Shown here one piece after another: positions 27,000 to 42,157 of a DNA stretch of 64,000 nt. The position numbers and the translations under genes were made by a program. The notes below the pieces were generated by a model that saw only the letters and a list, made by a program, of their open reading frames with translations, made no database searches and was not told the DNA's origin. Every line of letters begins with the position of its first letter. The stretch's first letter is position 1. This stretch comes from Octopus sinensis. Its lineage: Eukaryota. The DNA lies in the NCBI RefSeq assembly GCF_006345805.1, contig NC_043000.1, positions 163,370,001 to 163,434,000 of the forward strand. The letters run 5' to 3'.

Positions 27000-27521
27000 A
27001 TGTGTAGAACGATCCGATGGTGTTGCTGGGCTTTGTATATTTTCATAGCAGCAATGGTTACGAAGATAATCCACTATAATAATACTCTTGTGTTTATGAA
27101 TGAGAAAGGAAAGGGTGATAGATGAATAAGGAAGGAAGGGGTGATGCTATACTTGGTAGTTGGATGATGAAAATTGTACGCGGAAAAAATAAATCAAACA
27201 GCGTTTCAACTGTGTGAATATATGTGTGTGTATTTAAAAAGGGGGAACGTGAATGTGTGTGTGTGTGTGTGTGTGTGCAATGGAAGTGAGATGGTTCATC
27301 TTTGTTTGCTTAGTATTTGGGTTTCTTTTTTGATTTGGTTGAATTGTGGTTGGTTTTATTTTTGTTGTTGCTCAGTTATTTTTAGTGTTTTGACAGAAAA
27401 AGTCATTCTAAAATTATTTTTTTTAACGTTAACGTGCCCAAACCAGTCGAATGCTCACACAGAGAAGGTTTTACATCCACATCATCCAAACCAACCGGGG
27501 GAAACCGGGCTTCGCTGCTAG
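27000..27521 (+). mobile_element. Putative Helitron-like 3' end
   Basis: CCGG-gggaaa-CCGG hairpin (27495-27508) followed by CTAG|T at 27518-27522. The 5' boundary is not defined. Confidence 0.4.
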
Positions 27522-28449
27522 TATATGTATATGAATATGTATAGTGAACATTACTAATTAAATAAAATTAATTATATAATTCTTGTCAAGACAAATGTAG
27601 CTTAAGACTGATTAGTGGAAAGCACAAGTAAAATTGTAAACAAACGTTTTAAAATACCGGAAGGAATACTTAGATAAGTTGTAAAATTCGGTGGTATTTT
27701 AAATTACAGATATAATTATAGTTAAGGCAAAGTTAGATAAAAATAATTGAATTCTTTATGAATGATCGAATGGTAAACAAGTTGAATTGTAAACAAGACC
27801 CGTAGTGCCAGAAGTAAAAAAAAAAAGAAGAAAAAGAAACAGTGTGCCTCCAAGAAGATTTTGGAGAGTTGGAAGGATGGGAGAGACATACTCAATCTAT
27901 ATGTAAATTATACATATGAAGTATTTATAGGGATATTTATAAAGATGAACCGAAAACCAAGGAGTTGAGAGGGAGAAAGTTATAAATTTTTAATGATATT
28001 TAAGGTGATAAATACGAGGATTATATATTAAATAAGTTAAAAATATAAAAGATAAACACATTTTCCATGAATTTCTTCCAAGCCTTAATAATTGTCTCGC
28101 TTCATAAAATGTTCAATTAATATTCTTCTGGTTATGTCATGGTGAAAATTTTTAAAAAGAAGGAAGTAATGCTTTAAGCATGTTGATTCAAAAGGTTTTT
28201 CGTATTTTCATTGATGATTGTTTGGTAACTTGTATCTTCCTATCATTCCGTCAATTTGATACATTTCGTCCAATCGTTGCTGAACATATAAACATCAATT
28301 GTTTATCCTTTATTTTACAGCTTTGATGATGAGTGGGGAAAAATCTATAATTAGAGCTATTTACGCTACCTTTGGAAAACAGGATTGAGAGCAAAGGTAG
28401 CGGGAAAAAAAAATAATGATGTGGAAGGCCCACGAATTGTCAACGAACG

Positions 28450-29150
28450 TGTGGCACAAAACTAGATGATGTTTCAAGGAAAGTCACACCATCCTCAAAG
28501 ACAAACCAGCTTGATCCTTTATAAAGCATCATTGATTGACACCTCCATATGCTCGAATTAGTGATCAGGCGTTGTCGAGAAGCTTCTCACGAACTGACCA
28601 ATAATTAGATTCAGCGACGTATGATAATTTTCAAACAACTGCTGGCAAATCCTCGAGATGCGCATTTTGGGTGTCGAATTGTAACTGAGGGTGAAAAATG
28701 GAACTATTTTCGTAATCTTAATTAGAGAAACTGTAGCTTCGTTCCAGCCAGGCTTGAGAACCTGTTGTGTGTTCGGTGGAATTTTGAAGGGATGTTTCGC
28801 TTTGAACCTGTCAGCTCGCTACTCGGCATTAGTCAATCGAAGACGTGCACGCCTACAGCATGCCAATGCCGCTGTTCACACTGCTAATGTGACCAAGCGT
28901 AAACCTGAGGTACTTGAGGAGCTGGAAATGCTACCTATCCAACCTACAGGGCAGACCTTTTCCTAGGAATGGCTCATTTCCTGCACGGGCTGTGGATAAG
29001 ATTGAAAATAGGTACGTAGAGTTTTTTGCCAAATGGTATGAGCGTGGAATTGAGCCACTGGCAAAACGATGGCGACAGACAATAGAATATGATAGGATAT
29101 ATTTTCGTATGTGATTTGTTTGAACTTTTAATTTAAGCTGGAAATAGCAC
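28450..29150 (+). mobile_element. Decayed mariner transposase fragment
   Basis: RIVT..EKW, RYSALVNRRRARLQHANA..HTA (QHDNA), W..RGIE.LAKRW..TIEYD..YF. Confidence 0.75.
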
Positions 29151-29291
29151 TCAACAGAAATTACCAGTGAACAGATATCTTAAGATCTTTGTAATAAGTA
29201 AGCAACATCAGCATAAAATAAAAGATTCGCGTTTTCAACTAATTATCAAATCTTTCGAAAGAAAGAAAGATAGATAGCTAGATAGATAGAT

Positions 29292-29340
<49 letters not shown>

Positions 29341-29383
29341 TATAGATATATAGATAGATAGACAAACAGACAGACAGACAGAC

Positions 29384-29534
<151 letters not shown>

Positions 29535-29820
29535 AATATAGATAGATAGGTTACAGATCCAATCCAACAGTGGGATGGTAAGGATCTGTAAAACTTTCCA
29601 GATGTATTGAGTTCTTTTTACTTGCTCATTATAAATTACTTGCTTATGTGTGTGTGTATCTGTCTGTCTCTCTATGTCTGCGTACATTTATGGTGGTATA
29701 TGTATATACATCTATGTACATACATATGCATATATACATATATACGCAAATGCACATACATATGCATGCATACATAAATACTTACACTTACATATATGTG
29801 GATATATACTACATGCATGT

Positions 29821-29880
<60 letters not shown>

Positions 29881-30962
29881 CATACACACATACACGAAAT
29901 TAGGTATTCTGCTTTTAACACGAAATATTTATATTTGTATGTGCGGTGCACTTGCTGCCGTGAATAATGTATATATTTTGTTTGTGTGTTTGTCTGTGTG
30001 TGTGTTTGTGTGAGTGTGTGTTCGTGCGCAGGTTTGTGTGAGTGTGCATACATGCATATTCAGGTATTCCCAGATTCCAATATGAGACTCACGTACATAT
30101 TTAGCACCAAATGTACGTGCATGCTGGGAAATATATGACGAAATTTATTGGTGGGATTCACTAATCAATCATAAAACGGAGCAGAAGAATGCAGCGATGA
30201 TTGAACGCTGCCACCAAAAGATAACACCGTGACAAACACTCTCTCCCCACCCCTCTCTCTCCTCCTCCTTACATACACACACACACACACACGCTCAGAC
30301 AAACATATGCACTCATAGACTATAATGTCCTCACACACACACATCATTATTAAACTGTTTGGCGGGAAAGCTATTAGCGGAGGGTGATACGTCATTCGGT
30401 TAAATTTTCACACGATTCCAGTTTATCAATTCCACGGACACGAGAGTGCTGTAATGGAAAAGATGGAAGCAATGGTCTATCCTTAAATTAAATGTTTCGC
30501 GAGGATTTTAAACCCATCAGAATTCTGCTCCATTCCTCATCGTTGGTTTTCTTTCGTTGGTGTTGTTTTGTTGGTGATGTTTCTCTTATGGTAATGTTGT
30601 CGTTCTTCTTCTGTTGTCATTTTTGTGGTTGAGTCGGTAACGACTTATGCCGCACACTCGCTCATTTCATTTATGTTTTCATTTTGACATGTGACATGTT
30701 CATGTATATGTACGTTTGTGTGCGAGCGTCTGTGTGCGTGTGCATGCGTGTATGTGTGTGTGTGTGTGAGTGTGTGTGTGCGTGTGTGTGTGTGTGTTTA
30801 TGTACGAGTATGTTGCTTTTTTTAGATTATTTCTATAGTTTTGTGTTTATGTTGGCTGATATTTCATCGTATAAAAATATGGAAAAGACAACAACAATAT
30901 TCGTTGATAATATTATCATATGAAAATATATGATTGCATATATCATTATATGTATTTGCATG

Positions 30963-31020
<58 letters not shown>

Positions 31021-31346
31021 GTGTGTGTATGTATGTATGTATGTATGTATGTATGGATGGATGGATGAATGAATGAAGTAAATCCATGGAAATGAACGTG
31101 TGCGCACACCTGCGACTTTGTTTTGCGCGCTTGTATGTGTGTGTGTGTGTGAGTGTTTAGGTAGATAATGTAGTATCGCTAATGTGTTGATATATTTCTA
31201 TAAACAGGCTGATATAGATACATGTATGAGCATATATGTCAAGCTTTATGTATGTAAGGGATGCATGCAGGAACAGAATACACTATACATACATATACAT
31301 ACACACACACACATATATTATATATATATGTGTGTGTGTCTGAGTG

Positions 31347-31436
<90 letters not shown>

Positions 31437-31497
31437 TACATGCATATATATATATGTAAGTAGGTGTTTTAGTATACAAGCATAAAAGTATATATAT

Positions 31498-31528
<31 letters not shown>

Positions 31529-32182
31529 CTGTATATATCGTTGAGAATTCTGACTACGCTAATTCAAATCCCGTCGTTTGTCGACTTTATCTTTCAATAT
31601 TCCATGCTTCATAATATACGTGACAGCTATGTGCATAGATTGAATTAATATTATAAACTCCCTCTCATACACGTGTTTCTTAAATCAATCAATATCTCAA
31701 TATCTGAAAGAATGTACTGTTATCACACAAACGCTGCACCTTCCTTGCTCCTTCGTCCTGCTCCACATCTGTTTTTATTAAACATAATCTTCATCTACAA
31801 CGCCAACACCAATGCTACAACTAGATGAGAGAACTACTAAGAAATCTTTTTGACTTGCAAGGAATAAATAGCGAAATATTCCTCAGATCACACCCTCCCG
31901 ACTTGAAAAAGGAAGGCTAATGATTGTTTTACCCATTCCGTTAGTTAATAGTTGAGAGAACATAGCCTGCGTCTGCTATATTCCTCCACTAGGCAGAGTC
32001 CTGAAATTACTAGAAGCAATAGGTCTGGAGGGTCTTTCAACTCGTATCGATGTCGCGTTGGATTGGTCTTGACTGAACAGCAGCAACAACAATAATCATC
32101 AAAAATCGATAAGAACCATCAGTACCGGGAATCAACAAAGGAGCCTCTAAATGATCGCTTGACCTAATCAAAATAATGCTGG

Positions 32183-32290
<108 letters not shown>

Positions 32291-34506
32291 AAATTACACC
32301 CGAGCGTCATAAAAAACGGACACTTTGAAAATTGATTGCCAGCACGTATGCAAAAGTCAGGATGATCGTGGCTGGCATGTCTTTGACCTCAGGCTTGTTC
32401 GAACAGGGTTTAACTGGGCTTAAAGAATAACAATAACAACCAATTACCATAACGATGATTATAATCATCAGAACCAACTATAGTGCTTGTAAGTGGTGGC
32501 TTGTCTTGCTCGAAAGAGCAGTCGAATCTTTAACCACGTAGCGTTGCTTTAAGAATAGAACAGATCACATTTATTAATATAGCCCAAGATGTACCTGTCG
32601 GGTGGATTATAATTATAGTTCAAATGTATAGTTTTGTCTCACACAAATTTTGCTTGAGAATTAAGTTACGGGTATACGTCTTTATAAACTGCTTAGCCCC
32701 CTTACACGTTAATTCAGGAGCAGTTAATTTAGTTGGTTGAATAATGGAATACTCATTATCGAATGACAGAGATCTAAACTCACCAATTGCTGCATAGGGC
32801 CGGGTTCACTCTGAACAAAGAGCACAGACATCTTTGCCTTTTCTCTAATCGTAGAGCACATAGGCCAATGTCATTTAATATGCACCTTTTTAAACCGTCA
32901 GTGTGTGATTAGAGGGAGATTTAGTTGCTATCACTAACAGATCAAACGACTGTGTAGGTGCTCTCGCGTTGCTTTGTGGCAGCGGTGGAGAGAAATGATG
33001 ATGGCGAAGGTGGTGATAGAGATTTTATGGAAGATGGTAAGGACGAGTCTTGAAGCTGTTAATTAGTACATTTATTGTATTTTTGAGCGCACTGGTGTAC
33101 TTCTGCCGAGTACTGGAGGAACCTACTCCGATTTTGATGATGAGAAATAATTTGTTCAGTCGTGGGAACTACGTTCGTTGAACTAACGTATGAAGTGAGC
33201 GAGTATTCCTCAAACACTTGCACTGATAACGTAATTCCCTAGCAGAATCAATGTGACATTTGTATGTTGATGAGACGGTCTTTTTGAATTGCAGTAATGA
33301 ACAATCCGATAAAGTTTCACACAGTTTAGTTTCCATCTCCCTAATTTTACTAATTTGGGTCGAACCGAAGTTATGATAAAATATATTTGTCTAGGACACC
33401 ATGAAGTAAGATCGAACATGGGACCGCGTGATTACCAAATGCACTTCTTAACACCTGTAAGTACCGTATTTTCCATCATATAAGCCGAAACAAGTAGTGT
33501 AAACATTAGAAAATTGTCGCTATCTTTTCAAATCCTGCAGCATTCCACGTGGAATATTCGGTCCTCCAGAGTCGTCTTGGTGTATAAGTCGATCTACCTC
33601 TTTTGCACTAAATTTTGGTCCGAAGTATTCGATTGGTATGCCGGAAAATACAAACGGTATATTGATTTGTAGAAGATGATGCATGTTTGTTATGGTACTC
33701 AATGCGATGGAAGGCTGGTTGTTGTTGATGTGAGCGATTCACACAAGTTCAGCTTTGATTGTGCAAACTGACAATCCCAGAAAACATTCCAGCCGCGAAC
33801 CTATTCCGTTTTTTGAGGTGTATTTGGGACTATGTGCTCTAATGTGCCTTACATATACATATGTGAGGATATGCCATGAGGCTTGTATTTCTTAGAGGTC
33901 ATGCGACGGCGAGGACGACAGAGATGGCAGTGACAGTGCTGGTGCTGCTGCTAGTGGAACTTACGGTGATCATAGTACTGATGATGGAACTAATGAAGCG
34001 ATTAGTTGCACTGAGTGGTGGTGATTGAAGAGTTAGTGTAAAGATGGTGTGGGAACCGAGAAGCTGGTAATGGAACGTTGCCCGTCGTAGTAGTCATCAT
34101 CGTGGAGATGGTGACGGTGCTTGCTATGATGGTGAAAGAGGGGCATGACGATAGTATTGGGGGCTGCTGAAGAAGATAATGCTTATAAAGAGGTAAAATT
34201 AATGGGGAAAAGTTGTGACTGGCCGTACTTGTTTTTTGTTTTTGTTTTTGTTTTTGTTTTTGTTTTTGTATTTTGTCTTTCATGGTGATGATTGTGGTGG
34301 CGGTGCAAATGCCAGGCAGCTGATTGCACGTAGAGTGTGAAAACATCCTGCTTCAGTGCGTCAACTTACAAACAAAAATTTATATTCTTTGTACAATCAA
34401 CATCAAGAAGGAACGTGTACGGCTTTGAAGTTTCGTTGAGAGATCAATAGTGTCAGGAAATCAATTATATGACAGGGACAAAGAAACAACCACATACCCA
34501 TGCACC

Positions 34507-34548
<42 letters not shown>

Positions 34549-34602
34549 CGTTTGTGCCTATGAATATATATGTATGTTTGTATATATGTATATATGTATA
34601 TA

Positions 34603-34641
<39 letters not shown>

Positions 34642-34931
34642 ATACATATATATGTATGTGTGTGTGTAAATCTAATAACTCAGTCTAAGAATTCACACAT
34701 ACATTCATACATACTTATAAGCTTACATATGAACATACATACTTATATAGGAATATTAATTTATAGTTGTCAAAAGACATCCGAGAAGCCTTTGACTCAA
34801 AAAAGGATTTTGTAGAAGGAAAAGTAGAATCTAAGTACTACACACACCTTCCAAATGTACAAGTATTTCACTACTCAGTAGTCAGTGGACCTTGGATACG
34901 AAAATGGAATATTGAAATACACATATCTGCT

Positions 34932-34999
<68 letters not shown>

Positions 35000-35149
35000 G
35001 TATGTATACGTGTTTGTGTACCTGTGTCTGTGTGTATGTATACATATACACATACACACGCTACATATTACATGTATCTGTTCAAACAAGTGAAGGTGTG
35101 TGACTGGTGACTAGCGTGTTGGGTTCACGATCACAGAGAAGTGGGTTCA

Positions 35150-35660
35150 GTTCTTGGACCCGATGCTCTGTTTATTTAACCAATAATGCGTACCAGCCCC
35201 ATGTTGGTAGAGCTCTCTTTATCTCCGCTATCACGTCCTCTGTATTCTGCAGAGTAGAGAGTGTGTCGATGAATGGTTACGATTACTTAAGCGCCGGAAA
35301 CAATCAGCGAAAGTGTGGTATATGATGCCATGTCATATTCACAGGCGAGTGACGGAGAGATATGATATCGCTTGATCTGGACGTCCTGGGATAAAAGGTG
35401 ATCGCCCACATTGGAGACAAATACTGCAAAAGAGGATGAAACGAGCGGAAGTAAAACAGAAAAGCGCACTCGACCGAAGGAGAAATCAGTAACGCCGGCA
35501 GAGAGCTCCTTAAAATGCAGTCGCTGTATGCGTGACTGCCACTACCGTGTGGGCCTGTACAATCACAATAGACGCTGCACCACCATCAGCAGCTGACACG
35601 ATTTCTTCTGGCGCAGATCCATGGCCTCTCGAGACTGACGGATGCCTGCTACTACTATTA
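35150..35660 (+). mobile_element. RTE-clade LINE 3' end
   Basis: KCSRCMRDCHYRVGLYNHNRRC C2H2-like C-terminus, followed by ..gagactgacggatgcc and a (TAC)n tail. Confidence 0.75.
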
Positions 35661-36788
35661 CTCTTTCGCAATATCATCAATTTACTTGGGTCCATACACA
35701 TCAGTTAGATCATTTTCAGTAACTTAAATATATCTGCATAGTTGTCACATATATATCGTTGCAGGTCACAGAATAACAGCTGAGGTTCTTAGAATTACTG
35801 ACGGTTACACAATTCAGTTTTTATCCGGAACTTTGCTGATCTCACTTGTGGTATCCATTTCTGTCATTGATAAATACACAACATCGCTATTTCCATGTTG
35901 AGATCACGTTTGTTCTTGCTTCTGATAAATGAATAAAGCCATAAGGTCTTTACTTATACCTAAAACCTGAATCGTTTACAAAAGCCATTTTTCTCTGCAC
36001 TGAACTCTTTCGTTCACTGATAAGCTTTAAGCTAGAAGAAAGCTATATCTGTGAGCCACAAACCAGCCATTTAAGAGCAGTCGTTCTTCAAAGAGACGGC
36101 GTGATTTAATGATCTTTTGAACGTTCTGAGGATCTTTCATCTGAGACACATATACTCAGTATTATGAATCTCTTTCATATCCTTCTAAATTCCCATACAT
36201 ATATTGCCATAATTACACCTGTTCCTTTCTGTAACATTGATTTTTTTTTCAGTATATCCATTCAAAATAATAATTCTTTTTTTCAATAGCTCTGTATAAC
36301 ATCAAACATTTATTAATAGTTATAATTATATCTGAAATGTTTTCCTTTGAATTGTACATGTTTTGTCTTGCTTAATAAATCCTATAAATATATATATTTT
36401 TAATTGAATGCAGTTATTGCTAATTTAGTTAATGTTACGAAAACGGTGCTCTTTCGTATGATTTGTAACGTCAGTTATCAGTTATGCAAATCAAAAATTT
36501 TATATATTAATGTTAATCTCAACTAAGGGAGCTTTCAAAATGGAGAATAAAGCGAGAGAGAGAGAGAGAGAGAGAGAGTGTGTGTGTGTGTGTGGTGTGT
36601 GTGTGTGTGTGTGTGTGTGTTAGTCTTGTTTGTGCCATGATGTCATATGTTATAGAGGTAGAATGCCCGAGTAGATAAGACATTATCTTCCTAACTAGTG
36701 GTTCCCAAATTTCCGTGGATAATTATTACTTGTAGATAATATTAATTCAGATAATTGTTTGTTTTTCATGGAATCATTTATAATATAT

Positions 36789-37003
36789 AGGCGGCGAGCT
36801 GGCAGAAACATTAGCACACCGGGCGAAATGTTTAGCGGCATTTCGTCTGTCTTTACGTTCTGAGTTCAAATTCTGCGGAAGTCGACTTTGCCTTTCATCC
36901 TTTCGGGGTCGATAAATTAAGAGTCAGTTGCGTACTGGGGTCGATCTAATCGACTGGCGCCCTCCCCCAAAATTCGGGCCTTGTGCCAAGAGTAGAAAAG
37001 AAT
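36789..37003 (+). mobile_element. SINE family 1, full length
   Basis: ggcggcgagctggcagaa..gagttcaaattc..gggccttgtgcc..agtagaaaagaat. Confidence 0.9.
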
Positions 37004-37315
37004 ATTTACGATAGAGAAGGCGGAGTTAAATATTGGTCTAATTCTGTACTTCGATGGTAGAAAGTCTACTTGGAAATCACGAAGCCAAAGTTCGCATTAG
37101 AATTAGATCAATTAATTTTCTTTTTCTTTTGCGAATTGTGCTAATTTCTAACTTGCAGATTGTTTCCTAGTCTCACAGACAACAGCTTCACAGCTGATTT
37201 GCTGTTTGCAGGATTTGATGAATAATGGAATGGTTTGATCTGGTTGACTTCATGGCAGACTTTGAAGTGAGTTTGATGTTATATATTTTAATGTATTCAT
37301 AATTACAGTGTTGTC

Positions 37316-37505
37316 GTGGAGGCGCGTGGCTTAGTGGTTAGGATATTGGACTTATGATCGTAAGATTGTGGTTTCGATTCTTTGACTGGGCGATGCGTTG
37401 TGTTAATGTGCAAAACGTTACACGTCGCTCCAGTTCATTCAGCTGGCAAAAATGTTTAATCCTGCGATGGACCGACGATGGAAACCAGGAAACCGGCCCT
37501 TATGA
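37316..37505 (+). mobile_element. tRNA-derived SINE family 3 head
   Basis: A-box-like tggcttagtggttagg and B-box-like gtttcgattc; homologous to the minus-strand copy ending at 54888. Confidence 0.7.
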
Positions 37506-38045
37506 GTCTAAAGGAATTAGGAAGAAACTTTACTTTTACTTTCTTTATGTTATCTATGGTTTGCTGCTAGCCGAGACTTGATCGATCACAACTTACGCAA
37601 CCGGGTGAGGGACTCAGATGTTAAAAGACCTGAGACCTCAGAAACAAAACATCCCTGACAATGCATCTCAGTGAATCTGCAAAATGTATCTTAAAACTAT
37701 TTATATAATATAATATCTACAGGGTTCGGCAGTTTTTTAAGGTCATTTGTATGAATTTAGTAAATGACGCAAAGCTCATCAAACAAAAGCTGTATTTGAA
37801 ACCAAATTGGTACGAATAATCTTGAGAATCCTTTTATCTCACGTATTCAATGAATACACCGTTTGCATCAACGGGTGCTTCAGTAGGGTGTTGGATGCGT
37901 TGATTTGTCTGAATCAGATGAACTTCAACAATTTTGGACATAGTGCTGGTTATGGCAAACTTGATGTCTGACAATATTTATATATCATAAATAAAGAACA
38001 GCAAGACAGACAGACAGTCAGATAGATAGATAGATAGATAGATAT

Positions 38046-38084
<39 letters not shown>

Positions 38085-38118
38085 TATAGATAGATAGATA
38101 GATAGGTAGATAGATAGG

Positions 38119-38153
<35 letters not shown>

Positions 38154-38154
38154 G

Positions 38155-38209
<55 letters not shown>

Positions 38210-38242
38210 GTAGATAGATAGATAGATAGATAGATAGGTAGG

Positions 38243-38335
<93 letters not shown>

Positions 38336-38749
38336 GGATAGACAAGCAGAGAGACACAGACAGACAAATCAGTAGATTGGTCGGTAGAAAGGAAGAGAGA
38401 GACATACATACACACATGTATATTTCCGTTTATATATGTGTATGTGTGTGTATGCATATACACCTACAAGTGTTGTGTGTGTATGGGGGGGGGGGACGTT
38501 TACTTATAAATTTAAATATATATATATATGTACGGGTGCTTCTGTTTCTGGAAGGCCGAGATCGGAAAGTTCGAGGTCTGGCTGTTCTAGCAACTCGAAA
38601 CTCAGTTTTTCAGTGGTGTAGGAGGTCGTATGTGGGCTTTCATGGTCGTGTATCAATAACAATTGTTTTGACACTAGACCTCGGCGCTTGGTTCAAATTG
38701 TTGCTTTGTAGTAGTTGGCAAGAATCCCTTTGTAGCCTACACTGGTGAT

Positions 38750-39330
38750 TATAGACCTCTTTTCTGGTAGTGTTCCAGTATAGGCACTTTTGTAACTCCA
38801 AAAACAGCATCGGTTTTTCTGCGGAATGTTGTCTTGAATTTCTTTCTCCATGGCGATTGTGGGTTTTCCCACTCTATTATTTTTGGATTCTGGTTTAAAG
38901 TGATGGCTCTAGGGGTCTCATCTCCTATGACTATTCTCTCCCAAAGCTTTTCACCTTTAGTGTTGTAGAGATCGAGTAGTCGTGAGAGATCTCGTCACGG
39001 TTACATTTATGCACTTCGGTATGCTCTCTTGGCACATATCTCGCACAGACTTTACGTAAGGGAAGCTTGCCGTGGATGATTTCGTATGCAGAAATTTGAG
39101 TAACTTGCAGAGAACATGCCACCTCATCGATGGTCACTCGTCGGTTTGCCAGAACCATCTGGTATCTTTATGTCAGTAATGGAGGCAGATGGACGTCCTA
39201 CTCAATTTTTTTCCGGCCATGTTAAACTTCTAGCTGCACGCATACATAACTTCTACGCGATATACCACTGTCCCCGTATTGTACTGAAAGCCTGCGATAA
39301 AAATCTGCTCCCCTGACGCACCTTGAATCG
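38750..39330 (-). mobile_element. Decayed mariner transposase fragment
   Basis: GRP..MVLANRRVTIDEVA..RKVCARYVPR motifs (ORF 38931-39158). Confidence 0.7.
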
Positions 39331-40409
39331 AGAGAAATTAAATCACTGCTTTCTTTTCTTCCTTAGGGCACACTTCCAGCGGATCGGCCATATTTACTCT
39401 GTAACACAAGAAGGAAAACTGGACCTATCAAAGTCAAACCTTTGATACGTAAACACTAGAGTACCACCTTTTAGCACGCGAACACTGAATGTGGTCAACC
39501 TAGAAAAAGTTTTGGCTAAAGGACGGATAATTTTTGATTTCCCGTTGTATATATGTATATGTAAATGTATATCTATGCACTCGATGGCAACTATGTGCGT
39601 ATCTATGCATATCCATGCACATATATGTATGAATATGTATGTATATATGTATGTGTGTGTATGCATGTTTGTATGTTTATATGTATGTTTGCATACATAT
39701 TACTAGACTGTATAGAATGCCTCATTGCTTTTAGAAAAGTAACACTTAATCGTATTTCAAAGTACAGTTTGCATGCCAACCTAGTAGTATCGCAATATGC
39801 TTCATTAACTATCTTTTTTGTAACCCTAAAAAGAAGCTGAAACCATCCATAAATTAGTTTGAGACACAACACGAATGCATTTACATTATGTAGTTTACTT
39901 TTTAAAACCTTTTGTTGTTCTTTGCTGCTTATATTAACAGATATCAAGTTTGTTCATGGATGCAGGAGATCCAAGAAATGGACTGTGCGACCGAACTTCG
40001 CTTCTCGAGTATCTGAAAAGTGACATCACTTATTTTGCTAAATACATTAGAGAAAACATGAACGTTATAATATGTAACATAATACACTACTTCTTGTAGA
40101 ATAGAACAATAATTATTTCTTGTTGTGGTGAAAAAAATTAGTTTTAACGGAAGGCTGAGGTCAAGAATTTTGAGGAGGGTATCAGTGGATATCATTAATC
40201 CAGTAATTTATTGTAACAAAGCGAGAATGAAAAGCAAAGTTGAATTCAGAACATACAGAGTCGGAAGAAATACCATATTGGATTTCTTCCGACGCTCTAA
40301 CTAGGCAGCCATACCCTAAAAAGTCAGGCGATTTCCGCGATTCGTGAATTAAGCTAAATTTTCTGTTAAAAATGTAACAAAGGCTTGTAGTAGATTTTTA
40401 CCAACAATA

Positions 40410-41667
40410 CGAGGGGCGTTCAATAAGTAATGCCCCTGACCCACTTGCAGTTGTTTGATCAAGCTGAAATTTTGCATGTGCACTTATTAATACCTCTATA
40501 GATTACAGCTCTGAACTAATTGTGGTTTCTGATTTACAGGTGTTTGAACTGAGTCAAGTGTGAAATGGAGCCTGTTGAGTGTCGAGCAGTGATCTGGTTT
40601 TTGTATTTGAAAGGACGCACACCACGGGAGACTTTTGATGAAATGAAAGTAACTTATGGTGATGATGCCCCATCATATGACCTTGTAAAACGTTGGCATT
40701 GTGAATTCAAACATAGTCGGAACTCTGTGGAAACAGCTCCCAGATCTGGTCGCCCCCTTCTGCCGTTGATGAGATGTCGGTCCGTCAAGTTGATGCTGCC
40801 ATTTTGGAAGGTCAATGCATAACTATTCGCCAAATAGCCCATAAGGTCAAGATTAGTACCGGGTCTGTGGAAACTATCATTCATGACCATTTGCATATGC
40901 AAAAGGTGTCTGCCAGATGGATTTCCAGGTTGCACACACCTTTCCAGAAGCAAGAACGCGTTGAGTGCTCGAGGATGAATTTGGAGATGTGCCAAGAAGA
41001 TGAGTCAAAGTTTTTCAAAAGACTGATCACACAGGATAAAACCTGGGTCCATCACTATGATCCATAGACCAAAGCCCAGTCAATGCAGTGAAAGCACCGT
41101 GACTCACCTCCTCCAAAGAAGGCAAGGGTGCAGCCCTCCGCTGACAAGGTTATGCTCACAGTCTTCTGGGACCAGGACGGAGTAGTGATGACAGATTTCC
41201 TGGCAAAGGGTACCACAATTACAGGAGCCTATTATGCTTCACTTTTGAAGAAATTAAGAGAAGCTATCAAAATCAAGAGGCGGGGCAAGATCAGCAAAGG
41301 CATCCTCCTCCTGCAGGACAACGCTCCGGTCCACAACTCGCGTGTCGCCAGATCAGAAGCACAGGCGTGCAGCTATGAACTCCTCCCCTTGCACCCTCTG
41401 ATTTTCACATCTTCCCGGCCATGAAGTTGATTTTGAAAGGAAAGCGTTTCCTAGATGATGCAGCCTTGATTTCTGAAGTCACGTCGTGGTTGGAGGACCA
41501 AGCTGGGGTCTTCTACAAAAACGGTCTCCAGAGCTGTATCAAACGATGGGAGAAATGCATAACTCTGGGTAGTTCCTATGTAGGAAAAGACTAATAACTG
41601 TGCCAAGTGTCGTTGCTCTACTGCTATGAGAAGTGGGTCAGGGGCATTACTTATTGAACGCCCCTCG
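40410..41667 (+). mobile_element. Full-length mariner transposon (1258 bp) with disrupted transposase
   Basis: Perfect 37-bp TIRs (40410-40446 / 41631-41667) and TA flanks. HTH region, WISR (WVPR), ITQDKTWVHHYDP and QDNAPVH present; YSPDLAP region damaged; stops and frameshifts present. Confidence 0.95.
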
Positions 41668-42008
41668 TATGTAAGCCAATCAATAGTCCATGTTTATGCC
41701 TACCAAATGCTGAACAGGCTCTCACCAAATTCAAAACATTTTCATAATATTCTATTACCTCTTTCTGCAGCTATCAGCCGAGCTAGTAAATTAATTTCTT
41801 TGCTCGTTTGCCCAACTTTTGTTGGTCTGTTATTTTCAGTGAGAAGGTGGCTTATTTGAGGATTTTGACTTCTATTTCTAGCAAGCTGGTACTTCGTGTA
41901 ACCTCGATTATAATTATAAATAGGTTATAATTTTCTTTGATTAGCCATTTAACGGCATTTTTGCTTGCTGGCCACTTATATTATTGTTATTATTATTGAT
42001 TATTCATT

Positions 42009-42157
<149 letters not shown>

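Noticed and set aside
34850-34892. Minus-strand ctgacta..gaaa hammerhead-like string
   Set aside because: Core mutated or deleted and helix I not adjacent; too degenerate to call.
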